64,000 nt of DNA from Mobula birostris (taxonomy: Eukaryota): positions 12,663,271 through 12,727,270 of the forward strand of contig NC_092397.1 of assembly GCF_030028105.1 (NCBI RefSeq), given 5' to 3'. Shown one piece after another: positions 37,357-50,189 of this stretch. Each line of letters begins with the position of its first letter. The stretch's first letter is position 1. The position numbers and the translations under genes are program-made. The notes below the pieces were generated by a model that searched no databases, was not told the DNA's origin, and was given only the letters and a program-made list of their open reading frames with translations.

Positions 37357-39435
37357 ATGGGTTCGGTTCTGGTGGTGTTGGTGTTGATGCTGGGGGCGGC
37401 GGAGGTGGTGACGCCCTGCATGCCGGGCGGCCTCTGCCCCGTGCCCACAGATGACCCCGGGGTGGTGAATGCGATCCGGGTGGCGGAGGAGGACTTCAAC
37501 CGCAAATCCAGCGACTTCTTTCACAGCGCTGTGTCGAATGTGATATCGGCCCAGACACAGGTGATGGGGAGGGAAATAGGAGGAAGGAGAGGGGAGGGAG
37601 GAAGAGTTAAGGGAGGGAGGAGGGGTGGGACGGGGGGGCGGGGAGGAGAAGGGGCAAGTGAGGAGGGGGAGCCAGGGAAGGGGGGAGGGGATGGGAGGAG
37701 AGATGGGGAAGGTGGAGATGGAGAGGAAGGGTAGATGGAGCAGGGGGAAGGGGAGGAGAGGGAGAGGGGTGGGGGAGAGAGGCAGGAGGAGTGGGAAGTG
37801 GGGAGAAGGAGGAGGGGAACTGGGGAGCAGAGGGAGATGGGGAGCGAGTGGGGGTAAGTGCAGAATAGATGGTGTGGGCAGAGGAGGGGAAGTGCGGAGG
37901 AGAGGGGGAAGGGTGGGAGGAGGTGTAGGGGTGGTGAGGATGGGGAGCAGAGATGGAGGGGATAAAAGGGGTAGGGGAACGAGAAGGAGAGGAGGTGAGT
38001 GAGGAGAAAGATAGTGAGGCGGAGAGGGAGAAGTAGAGGGAGGGAGAGTGAGAGGAGGAGTGGTAGCGGGGGAAGATGGGGTGTAGGGGGAAGGCAGGGG
38101 CAAAAGGAAGGGAGAGTGGGGAGAAGGGGTTCAGGGAGAGGGCGAGGAAGGATACGGAGAATGTACACAGAGATATGTATAGGTTAAGTCTGTAGGCAAG
38201 TGTCTGTCAGATGGAATACAATCTTGGTAAATACGAGATCATCCACTTGGGAAGGGGAAAAGGAAGAGCAGATTATTATTGAAATGGTAAAGGATTCCAG
38301 CACGCTGCTGTGCAGAGGGACTCGGGGGTGCTTGTGCATGAATCACGAAAGGTTAGTTTGCATGTACAGCGGGCTATCAAGCAGGCAAATGGGATGTTAG
38401 CCTTCATTGCTGGATGGATTGAATTCAAGAGCAGGGAGGTTATGCTGCAACTGTACTGGGTACTGGTGACGTGACACCTGGAGTACTGCGTGCAGTTCTG
38501 GTCTGCTTGCTTGAGGAAGGATATACTGGCTTTGGAGCTTCACCATGTTGATATTAGAGAGGAGGGTGTGAGACTATAAGGAGAGATTGAATCGCCTGGG
38601 ACTGTACTTGCTGGAATTCAGAAAAATGAGAAGAAATCTTAGAGAAAAATACAATTATGAAAGAGATAGAAGCAGAGAAGTTGTTTCCACTGGTAGGTGA
38701 GACTAGAACTAGGGGACATAGCCTCAAGATTCGGGGGAGTAGATTTAAGACAGAGATGAGGAGGAAGTGATTTTCCCAGAGAGTGGTGAATCTGTGGAAT
38801 TCTCTGCCCAATGAAGCAATAGAGACTACGTCAGTAAATATACTTAAGACAAGGTTGGATAGATTTTTACATAGTAAGGGAATTAAGGGTTTGGGGGAAA
38901 AGGCAGGTGGGTGGAGATGAGTCCATGGTCAGATCAGTCATGATCTTATTGAGTGGCGGAGCAGGCTCGACGGGCCAGATGGCCGACTCCTGCTCCTATT
39001 TCTTATGACCAGCAGAGTAAAGGTGGTGGGTGTGTGGATATGGGTGACCACTCCTGGCTCGATACACACCGACACCCTGTAGAGATGTTTTGAGGGCTTT
39101 CTGACTGTAAGGTGCTTTTGCAGGTGGTGTTTGTGCTCATGTATCATCTCACCCTGGAGCTTAGAACCACCGTCTGCAGGAAGAGTTCTGTTTCCCGGAA
39201 CTGTCCCTTCCACGAGGATCCTCAGTATGCCAAGGTGAGCGATCAGTGCACTGGTGGTCTCGGGAGAGAGGGGCGGGGGTCCTGTCCCCAGAGACACTGG
39301 AACGTGGTGGGGATTTATGATACTGGCCTCTGCTTTTCGCCGCAGATAATGAACTGTAGATTTATGGTCTGGGACCAAACGGTGCTCGCTCCCATGCACG
39401 TGACTGACTTTTCTTGTTCCAGGACGGCCAAGTGA
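37357..39435 (+). CDS. Type-2 cystatin paralog A3, intact, 134 aa; exons 37357-37560, 39124-39234, 39346-39435
   Basis: ATG, signal peptide, MPGG, four canonical Cys, GT-AG sites and stop are intact. QxVxG has become QVVFV and PW has become TV. AATAAA at 39922. Confidence 0.88.
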
Positions 39436-41513
39436 CCGGTCTGTAGGACCCCTGCGGCACACAGCGTGGCGCGCACCGCTCAGGTAAAGCAATAATTCTG
39501 ATCACCAGGTCAAATGGGTACGAATACAGCACTCTACCACGGCCCGGGGCGCCTACAACGCATACAGACAAACTCGCGCGTGTATACACTCGCTCACTAA
39601 TATACGCTCCCCTGGCTAATATCCCTCTCTCTCTCATAAGCCATTCACCCCCGGGGAGAAACACAGCATTTTGTCCGAGTTCCCCTCACTTAAGGTCACC
39701 TGTGGGAATTTAGAGTTCTGGCGCAAACTCGAGGAAATGGTTGGAATTCACCAGATGCACCCTAAAGATATACACGTGTTAGTGAAAGCGAAGTGACGAG
39801 GAAGCTGCGGGACAGGATGTCCCAGGGGGTGCAAGTTGTATCTGGGTTTCAACTCACGGGCTGACCGCTTATTAACATAATTGTATAATTAAGCTGCAAA
39901 TGTATGTTTTTATGCTTGCGCAATAAAGCTTTTGCATTCTGAGTCTGCCTGTGTTTGCAATGTTAACAGAGAAACTCGGTGAATGAGGTCAACCCAGCAC
40001 TGACCACCACGGACTATAGTGCGCTCAGCGATCGTGGTTAGACCGAGCATCTCGATAGGAGCGACGGGTCTTAGTCAGTGGTGTAATTTCAAATGTGGCG
40101 GCTGGGTGTGAGACCAGAGGACTCGGCCTCAGAATACAGGGCCGTCCTTTTAGGAGGGAGAGGAGTAATTTCTTCAGCCAGAGAGTAGTGAATCTGTGGA
40201 ATTAATTGCCACAGGCAAGCCTTTAAGTACGTTTAAGACAGAGATTGATAGATTCTCGACTGGTCAGGGTATGAAGTAACACGGGGAGAAGGCAGGAGAT
40301 TGAGGGCTGGGAGGGAAAATGATGAAATGTCGGAACAGATTCGACGGGCCAAATGGCCTAATTCTGCCCTTATATCTCACGGCCTTATAAAGTGTATTCA
40401 TCACGGAAAATGTACCGTTTCACGCTCTAATCAGGAACACTCTCCAGAGCCTCAACATCCTTCCTCTAGTGGGTTAATTAGAACTGTACGCAACACTCCA
40501 GATCTGAGGTTTATGAAGTCTGTCAATCTAACCGGGTGACGATTTTTGTCACAGTCAGACATGGAAGTGTTTATTACCTTAACGTCGATAATATCTTCAA
40601 CCCCGGTCCTAATGCTCTTCACCTCCTCATCCCAACCCGTTACCCACGACTCACTTCTTGCCAAAATTCATTTCATCCTGTCACTGAGCTTCCCGATCTG
40701 AACTTACGTTCGGCTGCACTCAGTCACAAACCACCGGCCCCCGTCAGGCTCGTCGTCAGCGGCGACGATATCCAGACCACACTGCGGTTTCATCCCCGAA
40801 GGGAAAAGACGCATTCTTTCCTCTGCCCCCGGCCCACCTGGCTTCACCTGTCGCCTTTGATCTTATCCTCATTCCCACGACATGTTTTTTATATTCTGGA
40901 CGCTTCCCTTCCTCTCCAGCCCTGATGAAGTGTCTCGGCTCGAAACGACGGCAGTTTATTCCTTTCCATAGATGCTGGGTTCCTACACCATTTTGCGTGT
41001 CGATTAGTGAGGGGTTTAGGGAGAAGGGGTCGGGTGGAAGATGGAAGGGAGTTTGGGGAGGAAGAGGGGAAGAGATGGGAGGGGGAGCGAACGCTGTGGG
41101 GAGGAGGGTCGGGTAGGAGTGAAGGAGAGGACGAGTCGGGGAGCCGGAGGATTGTTGGAGTGTGTGGAGATGTGGAAGGAGGGGGAGTGGTGCTCCCACA
41201 GCAGAGCTCCTCTGCAGGCGACGTGGGGCCGGGCTGGTGGAGGTTGAACAGCAGAGAGGAGGTGATGGGTGGCCACTCGCCGTACCCTCCTGGCCGGATA
41301 CATGCACACCCTTTGACAGAGGTTTGGAAGGGTTTTGCTCACCAGACCTGTATCAGGAGCCCAGACTGTGGTCCTTCCCCATCGAGCCCGGGCACTGGCT
41401 GTGCCAGCACGGCCCTGAAGCCTGGAGCCTGCCACTCGGCACCATTCCCCAGTGGCCTAGTGTAGGATGTTTTCATCATTCCCCGCCCCTCTGACGGTAG
41501 GGTGCTCTTCCAG

Positions 41514-41849
41514 GGTGTGGAGCGGATAATTTACCGTCTGTCCCGGGAGCTGAGGACCGCCACCTGCAAGAAGACTGCGCTTGATATCCCGGACTGTCCC
41601 TTCCACAGGAGTCCTCTATGTGCCTGGTCAGCGGGAGAGAGGGAGGTTTCATTAATCTGCCGGGGTACCGGCGGGGAAACTCTGCTGGCTCCAGTTTTTT
41701 TTTTCTCTCTCTCTGCGCAGAGATTCAGCTGTAGATTTAAAGTCTGGGACCGCCCGTGGCTCAGGGCCGTGCAGATCATTGAAGAGGAGTGCGTCAGGAT
41801 GACAAATGACCGGACTGTAGGACCTCTGCAGTGTACACAACTCTGCTGA
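41514..41849 (+). pseudogene. Exon-1-less cystatin cassette B-d
   Basis: GVERIIYRLSRELRTATCKKTALDIPDCPFHRSPLCA with the intron 2 donor deleted. Exon 3 starts at 41721 (RFSCRFKVWDRPWLRAVQIIEEECVR) and has lost its stop. Confidence 0.8.
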
Positions 41850-42235
41850 AGCAATACTCCTGTCCCCAGGTCAAACGGATACTAACACAGCACTTTACGT
41901 GAGTGTGTGTGTGTGTGTGAGTCTGTGTCTGTGTGTGTGTGTGTGTATGTGTGTGTGTGTCTGTGTGTGTGTGTGTGTGTCTGTGTGTGTACGTATAGTC
42001 TCTCGCGAATATACATTCCCCAGGCCACTATCTCTCTATCTCTCTCACACACACCCACCAAGTTTGAGTTGAAACTCCTGTATAATCGCTCGTCATGGAC
42101 ATCGAGGGGCCAAGTAACCCGCCTCTGTGCTCGACCGCTGTACGCTCTACGTTCGGTACTATCTGTGTTTCAACTCAACGGCTCACCAGTTATTACTATA
42201 ATTGTATAATTAAGCCGCAAATGTATATATAAGTA

Positions 42236-43245
42236 TGCAAACACGAAGAATTCTGCAGATGCTGGAAATTCAAGCAACACACATCAAAATTGCTGGTGAA
42301 CGCAGCAGGCCAGGCAGAATCTCTAGGAAGAGGTACAGTCGACGTTTCTGGCCGAGACCCTTTGACGGCATAAACTGTAGGAGGAGCTAGTAAGAGATTT
42401 AAAAGTGGGAGGGGGAGGGGGAGATCCAAAATGATAGGAGAAGACAGGAGGGGGAGGGATGGAGCCAAGAGCTGGATACGTGATTGGCAAAAGAGATATG
42501 AGAGGATCATGGCATCTCCCAGTGGCCACACATTTTAATTCCACATCCCATTCCCATTCTGACATGTCTATCCACGGCCTCCTCTACTGTAAAGATGAAG
42601 CCACACTCAGGTTGGAGGAACAACACCAATATTCCGTCTGGGTAGCCTCCAACCTGACGGCATGAACATTGACTTCTCTAACTTCCGCTACACATTCTTT
42701 CTCTCTCTCGCTCCTTTTTCTCCCCCTGTCCCTCTGACTATACCCCTTGCCCATCCTCTGGGTTTGCCCCTTCCCCCTTTTCCTTCTCCCTGGGCCTCCT
42801 GTCCCATGATCCTCTCATATCCCTTTTGCCAATCACCTGTCCAGCTTTTGGCTCCATCCCTCCCCCTCCTGTCTTCTCCTATCATTTTGGAAGGCGTTGT
42901 TCCTCCAACCCGAGTGTGGCGTCATCTTTACAGTAGAGGAGGCCGTGGATAGACATATCAGAATGGGAATGGGACGTGGAATTAAAATGTGTGGCCACTG
43001 GGAGATGCCATAATCCTCTCATATCCCTTTTGCCAATCACCTGTCCAGCTCCTGGCTCCATCTCTCCCCCTCCTGTCTTCTCCTATCATTTTGGATCTCC
43101 CCGTCCCTCGCCCACTTTTAAATCTCTTACTAGCTCTTCCTTCAATTAGTCCTGAAGAAAGGGTCTCGGCCCAAAACGTCGACTGTACCTCTTCCTAGAG
43201 ATGCTGCCTGGCCTGCTGCGTCCACCAGCAACTTTGATGTGTGTG
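42236..43245. mobile_element. Penelope-like insertion with multiple internal inversions
   Basis: Orientation minus 42236-42510, plus 42510-42890 (PVATHFNSTSHSHSDMSIHGLLYCKDEATLRLEEQH), minus 42890-43010, plus 43010-43245. Confidence 0.8.

Positions 43246-43249
<4 letters not shown>

Positions 43250-43308
<59 letters not shown>
43250..43308. repeat. (AT)n microsatellite
   Basis: Direct reading; shorter ones at 31658-31678 and 48767-48801. Confidence 0.95.
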
Positions 43309-43312
<4 letters not shown>

Positions 43313-43793
43313 CTTCCACAATAAAGCTTTTGCATTCTGAATCTGCCTGTGTCTGCAATGTTAACAGGGTAACTGGGTGAATGAGGTCGCCCCAGCACTG
43401 ACCACCACGGGCTGTAGTGAGCTCGGCGATCGCGGTTAGACCCTGCACCTTGATCGGAGCGACGGGTCTCAGTCAACGGTGCAATTTCAAATTTGGCGGG
43501 CGTGCCTAACAATAGAGCGCTGACCTTTGAGAAGGGTGATGAGTAATTTCTTTAGCCAGAGCGATTCTTTGGAATTCTTTGCCAGAGGCACTTTGGAGTC
43601 CAAGTCTTTATGTTTATTTAAGGCAGAGATTGATAGATTCTTGATTGGTCAGGGCAGGAAGGGATGAGGTGCGGAGGCGAAGGAGGTAGGCGATTGCGGG
43701 CTGATAGGAAAAATGGATGAAATGACGCAGCAAACTCGAAGGCCTAATTTTGCTCCTATATCTTATGGTCTTAAAACTATATGAATCAAGGAC

Positions 43794-44092
43794 ATGACTG
43801 GCTGCATCACAGCCTGGCATGGGAACAACAAAACCTTCGAGTGGAAAATCCTACAAAGTGTACTGGATTCGTCCCAGTCCATCACGGGTAAAGCCCTCCC
43901 ATCCATTGAGAACGTCTACATAAAACATTGCCATTGGAGGCAAGCAGCATCCATCATCAGAGACCCCCACCACCCAGGTCCTGCTCTCCTCTCGCTGCTG
44001 CCATCAGGTAGAAAGTACAAGAGCCTCAGGACTCACACCACGAGGTTCAGGAGTAGTTACTACCCCTCAACCATCAAGGTCTCCAACAAAAG
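43794..44092 (+). mobile_element. Rex1/Babar ORF2 C-terminal remnant
   Basis: Near-identical inverted copy of 449-751. Confidence 0.8.
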
Positions 44093-45650
44093 GGGAGAAC
44101 TACACTCATCTATTGAGATGCCCCTACAACCAATCATATCACTCTAAGGACCCTTTATCTCATGTTCTCGTTATTTATTGATATTTGCATTTGCACAGTG
44201 TGTTGTCTTCTGCACTCCGGTTGATCTTTCACTGATCCAGTCTACAGTTACTATTCTATGGATTTGCTGAGTATTCCCGCAGGAAAATGAATCTCAGAGT
44301 TGTATGTCGTGACCCTGATAATAAATTTCACTTTAGCTTTGACTACAGCTTATCGAATGTCCTGTACCCTCAATGGCCACTACATCAGGTGCCTCCTGTA
44401 TCTAAAAAAGTGGCCGCTGAGTGTATGTTCATGATCTTCTGCTGTAGCCCGACCGCTTCAAGGTTCGACGTGTTGTGTGTTCAGAGATACTGTTCTGCAC
44501 ACCACTGTTGTAAGACCTGGTTATTTGAACCAGTCTGGCCATTCTCCTCTTGTAATGTGAACAAAGTTGCACAGAGACACTGAATGAAGCTGGTGGATAC
44601 AAAAGACTTTTATTCAACAAAATGAGACGCTCTCGGGGGAAGAGACCTCACGACCCAATACTCTGTGACATTTTTATATGCCAAAGATCAAAGCAAGAGC
44701 AGGACCATTCTATGGTTACAGTGTATCTACAGTTCTTCCTTTAGATTACATGTAGTTTTCAATCACCTCCCTCTTCGCACCCACACTCCAGACACCCACA
44801 ATGTGTGTTAATCAGCGTTGTCCGGTTTGCAATCGACTCCAGCGCACAGCTCAGGGAGAGTTATTGTTCCAGACTGCACTTTGAATTCAATCTACAATCC
44901 ATGTTCAGGTCTGCAGATTGGTCGCTGGTCAAATTAATATTTGCCATATACCCCAACTCCAGAATAGGCCCAACCACTCCAACCACTGATGGGCAAGGTG
45001 TTTTTCCCCACAGAACAGCCACTTACTGGATGCTTTGTTTCTGTTTTTCTGTGTTTCTTTGCACCATTCTCTGAAACGAGGAGCGGTGGACGGGAGGGCG
45101 TTTTGTGCACAAATTCATTCAGAGCACCACTGCTAGACTTTGAGAGAGAACATCATTCCTGCCCGACCTACTCTGCAATGGCTTCCTGGATGTTTTGGAA
45201 TTGATCTTAAAGTTTCCTTACTTGTTTTTAAAGTTCTTAATGGTCTGGGATCGAAGTCTATATCAGAGAATGTACATCAAAGGACCATTTTTGTTTTTAA
45301 TCACGCTTGAGCTCTCGGGTCTTCACCCACTGGACTCTTAGTATTATTTTACAGTTCTCATGCCCTCTCTCTTCTCCGTAACCTTCGATTCCCTGGCCCT
45401 GACCATCTCATCTTCATCTTGGATGTTCAGCAGGTGGGTGGAGATGAGTCCATGGCCAAATCAGTCATGATTTTATTGAGTGGTGGAGCAGGCTCGACGG
45501 GCCAGATGGCCGACTGCTGCTCCTATTTCTTATGACCAGCAGAGTAAAGGTGGTGGCTGAGTGGAGATGGGTGACCACTCCTGGCTCGATACAAACAGAC
45601 ACCCTGTAGAGATGTTTTGAGGCCTTTCTGACTGTAAGGTGCTCTTGCAG

Positions 45651-45950
45651 GTGGTCTCGGGGCTCATGTACCATCTCACCCTGGAGCTGAGAACCACCGT
45701 CTGCAGGAAGAGTTCAGTTTCCCGGAACTGTTCCTTCCACGAGGATCCTCAATATGCCAAGGTGAGCGATCAGTGCACTGGTGGTCTCGGGAGTGAGGGG
45801 CGGGGACCCTATCCCCAGGGACACTGGAACGTGGTGGGGATTCATGAATCTGCTGGGGTACCGGTGGGAAACTCTTTTAATACTGGCTTCTGCTTTTCCC
45901 CGGAGACAATGACCTGTAAATTTCAAGTCTTGGTCGGGCCCACGCAGTGA
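45651..45950 (+). pseudogene. Cystatin paralog A4, pseudogene (exon 1 deleted); exons 45651-45761 and 45906-45950
   Basis: VVSGLMYHLTLELRTTVCRKSSVSRNCSFHEDPQYAK / TMTCKFQVLVGPTQ*. A 12-nt deletion removes the PW loop and a 1-nt deletion gives an early TGA. The upstream intron is fused to Penelope sequence at about 45430. Confidence 0.88.
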
Positions 45951-48076
45951 CTGAATCTTCTTGCTCCAGGACGGCCAAGTGACCGGTCTGTCTGACCCCT
46001 GCGGCACACAACGTGGCGCGCACCGCTCAGCTAAAGCAATAATTCTGATCACCAGGTCAAATGGATACGAATACAGCACTTTACCACGGCCCGGGGCGCC
46101 TCGTAATGCGATCTCCACAACGCACTCAGACAAACGCGCGTGTGTATACACTCGCTCACTAACATACATTCCCCGGGCTACTATCTCCCTCTCTCTCTTT
46201 CTCTCATAAGCCATTCACCCCCGGGAAGAAACACAGCATTTTGTCCGAGTTCCCGTCACTTAAGGTCGCCTGTGGGAATTCAGAATTCTGGCGCAAGCTC
46301 GAGGAAATGGTTGATATTCACCAGATGCACCCCAAAGATACACACGTGTTAGTGAAAGCGAAGTGACGAGGAAGGTGCGGGACAGGATGTCCCAGGGGGT
46401 GCAAGTAGTATCTGGGTTTCAACTCATGAGCTGACCGCTTGTTAACATAATTGCATAATTAAGCTGCAAATGTATATTTTTATGCTTGCGCAATAAAGCT
46501 TTTGCATTCTGAGTCTGCCTGTGTTTGCAATGTTAACAGGGTAACTCGGTGAATTAGGTCGACCCAGCACTGGCCACCACGGACTATAGTGAGCTCAGCG
46601 ATCGTGGTTAGACCTAGCATCTCGATAGGAGCGACGGGTCTCAGTCAGTGGTGTAATTTCAAATGTGGCGGGTGGGTGTGAGACCAGGCGACTCGGCCTC
46701 AGAATAGAGCGCCGTCCTTTTAGGAGGGAGAGGAGTAATTTCTTCAGCCAGAGAGTGGTGAATCTGTGGAATTCGTTGCCACAAGCAAGCCTTTAAGTAC
46801 GTTGAGACGGAGATTGATAGATTCTTGACTGGTCAGGGTATGAAGTAACACGGGGAGAAGGCAGGAGATTGAGGGCTGGGAGAGAAAATGATGAAATGGC
46901 GGAGGAGATTCGACGGGCCAAATGGCCTAATTCTGCCTTTATATCTCACGGCCTTATAAAGTGTATTCATCATGGAAAATGTACCGTTTCACGTTCTAAT
47001 CAGGAACACTCTCCAGAGAATCAACGTCCTTCCTCCAGTGGGGAGACCAGAACTATCCGAAATACTCCAGATCTGAGTTTTATGAAGTCTGTCACTCTAA
47101 CCGGGTGAAGATTTTTGTCACAGTCAGACATGAAAGTGTTCATTACCTTAACGTCGACAAAATCTCCAACCCCGGTCCTAATCCCCTTCACCTCCTCATC
47201 CCAACCCGTTACCCACGACTCAGTTCTTGCCAAATTCCATTTCATCCTATCACTTCGCTTCCCGATCTGAACTTACCATCGGCTGCACTCAGTCACAAAC
47301 CACCGGCCCCCGTCAGGCTAGTTGTCAGCGGCGACGATATCCAGACCACACTGCGGTTTCATCCCCGAAGGGAAAAGACGCATTCTTTCCTCTGCCCCCG
47401 GCCCACCTGACTTCACCTGTCACGTTTGATCTTATCCTCATTCCCACGTCATATTTTTATATTCTGGCTTCTTCCCCCTCCTCTCCAGCCCTGATGAAGG
47501 CTCCCGGCCCGAAACGGCGGCTGTTTATTCCTTTCCATAGATGCTGGGTTCCTACACCATTTTGCGTGTCGATTAGTGAGGGGTTTAGGGAGAAGGGGTC
47601 GGGTGGAAGATGGAAGGGAGTTTGGGGAGGAAGAGGGGAAGAGATGGGAGGGAAGGGCGAGCGCAGTGGAGAGGAGGGTCGGGTAGGAGTGAAGGAGAGG
47701 ACGAGTCGAGCAGCCGGAGGATTGTTGGAGTGTGTGGAGATGTGGAAGGAGGGGGAGCACAGGGCAGAGCTCCTGTGCAGGGGACGTGGGGCCGGGGTGG
47801 TGGAGGTTGAACAGCAGAGAGGAGGTGATGGGTGGTCTCTCGCCATGCCCTCCCGGTCGGATACATGCACACCCTTTTACAGAGGTTTCGAGGGGTTTTC
47901 CTCACCAGACTTGTATCAGGAGCCCAGACTGTGGTCCTTCCCCATCGAGCCCGGGCACTGGCTGTGCCGGCACGGCCCTGAAGCCTGGAGCCTGCCACTC
48001 GGCACCATTCCCCAGTGGCCCGGTGTAGGATGTTTTCATCATTCGCTGCCCCTCTGACGGTAGGGTGTTCTTCCAG

Positions 48077-48407
48077 GGTGTGGAGCGGATAATTTACCGT
48101 GAGTCCCGGGAACTGAGGACCTCACCTGCAAGAAGACTGCGCTTGACATCCCGGACTGTCCCTTCCACAGGAGTCCTCTATATGCCTAGGTGATCGAACT
48201 GTGCGACGCTGGTCAGCGGGCGAGAGAGAGGTTTCATTAATCTGCCGGGGTACCTTCGGGGAATCTCTACTGGCTCCAATTTTTTCATTCTCTCTCTCTC
48301 TCTCTGTCTCTCCGCAGAGAATCAGCTGTAGATTTAAAGTCTGGGCCCGCCCGTGGCTCGGGAGCGTGCAGATGATTGAAGAGCTGTGCGTCAGGGTGGC
48401 AAAGTGA
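48077..48407 (+). pseudogene. Exon-1-less cystatin cassette B-e
   Basis: Exon 2 has a 1-nt deletion (AGGACCTCACCTGC) and TAG at its end. Exon 3 (48318-48407) reads RISCRFKVWARPWLGSVQMIEELCVRVAK*. Confidence 0.82.
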
Positions 48408-48494
48408 CCGGACTGTAGGACCCCTGCGGTGCACACAGCTCTGCTGAAGCAATACTCCTGTCCCCAGGTCAAACGGATACTAACACAGCACTTT

Positions 48495-48529
<35 letters not shown>

Positions 48530-48754
48530 CACTCTCTCACTAACATGCATTCCCCGGGCCACTATTTCTCTTCCTCTCTCTCACACACACACCAAGTTTG
48601 AGTTGGAACTCCTGTATAATCGCTCGTCATGGACATCGAGGGGCCAAGTCACCCGCTTCTGTGCTCGACCGCTGTACGCTCTACGTTCGGTACTATCTGT
48701 GTTTCAACTCAACGGCTCACCAGTTATTATCATAATTGTATAATAAGCCGCAAA

Positions 48755-48804
<50 letters not shown>

Positions 48805-50189
48805 AATACGAAGAATCCTGCAGATGCTGGAAATTCAAGCAACACACATCAAAGTTGCTGGTGAACGCAGCAGGCCAGGCAGCATCTCTAGGAACAGGTA
48901 TAGTCGACGTTTCTGGCCGAGACCCTTTGTCAGGACTAACTGTGGGAGGAGCTAGTAAGAGATTTGAAAATGGGAGGGGAGGGGGAGATCCAAAATGACA
49001 GGAGAAGACAGGAGCAGGAGGGATGGAGCCAAGAGCTGTGTGTGTATATGTATATATATATTTTTTATTCTCCAGCAATAAAGCTTTTGCATTCTGAATC
49101 TGCCTGTGTCATTTCACTTTAGCTTTGACTATAGCTTATCGAATGTCTTATACACTCAATGGCCACTACATCTGGTGCCTCCTGTATCTAAAAGAGTGGC
49201 AACTGAGTGTATGTTCATGATCTTCTGCTGTAGCCCGTCCACTTCAAGGTTCGACATGTTGTGTATTCAGAGATGCTCTTCCGCACACCACTGTTGTAAC
49301 GGGTGGTTATTTGAGTTACTGTCGCCTTCCTGTCAGCTTGAAGCAGTCTGGCCATTCTCCTCTTTTAACGAGAACAAAGATGCCAGTGAGACACTGAATG
49401 AAGCTGGTGGATACAGAACAGTTTCATCCAACAAAATGAGACGCTCTCGGAGGAAGAGGCCTCCCGACCCAATACTCTGTGACATTTTTGTATGCTAGAG
49501 ATCAAAGGCAAGAGCAAGACCATTCTATAGTTGCAATGTATCTACAGTGCATCCATTAGATTACGTGTAGTTTTCAATCACGTCCCGCTTCGTGCCCACA
49601 CTCCAGCCACCCACAATGTGTGTTCGGTAGCGTTGTCCGGTTTGCAATCGACTACATCGCACAGCTCAGGGAGAGCTATTGTTCAGGACTGCACTTTCAA
49701 TTCAATCTACAATCCACATTCAGGTCTGCAGATTGATCGCTGGTGAAATTAATATTTGCCATATACCCCAACTCCAAAATACGCCCAACCACTCCAACCA
49801 CTCATGAGCAAGGCGTTTTTGCCCACAGAACAGCCTGGACACACAAAACTGGATGTTTTGTTTCTGTTTTTGTGTTTTTCTGCACCATTCTCTGAAACGA
49901 GGAGCGGTGGACAGGAGGGCGTTTCGTACACAAAATCATTCAGGACACCAGTGCTAGACTTTGAGAGAGAACACCATTCCTGCCCGAGCTACTCTGCAAT
50001 GCCTTCCTGGATGTTTCGGAATTGATCTTAAAGTTTCCATACTTCTTTTTAAAGTTCTTAATAGTCTGGGATCGCAGTCTATATCAGAGAATGTACATCA
50101 AAGGACCATTTTTGTTTTTAATCCCGCTTGAGCTCTCGGGTCTTCGTCCACTGGTCTCTTAGTATTATTTTACAGTTCTCATGCCCTCT

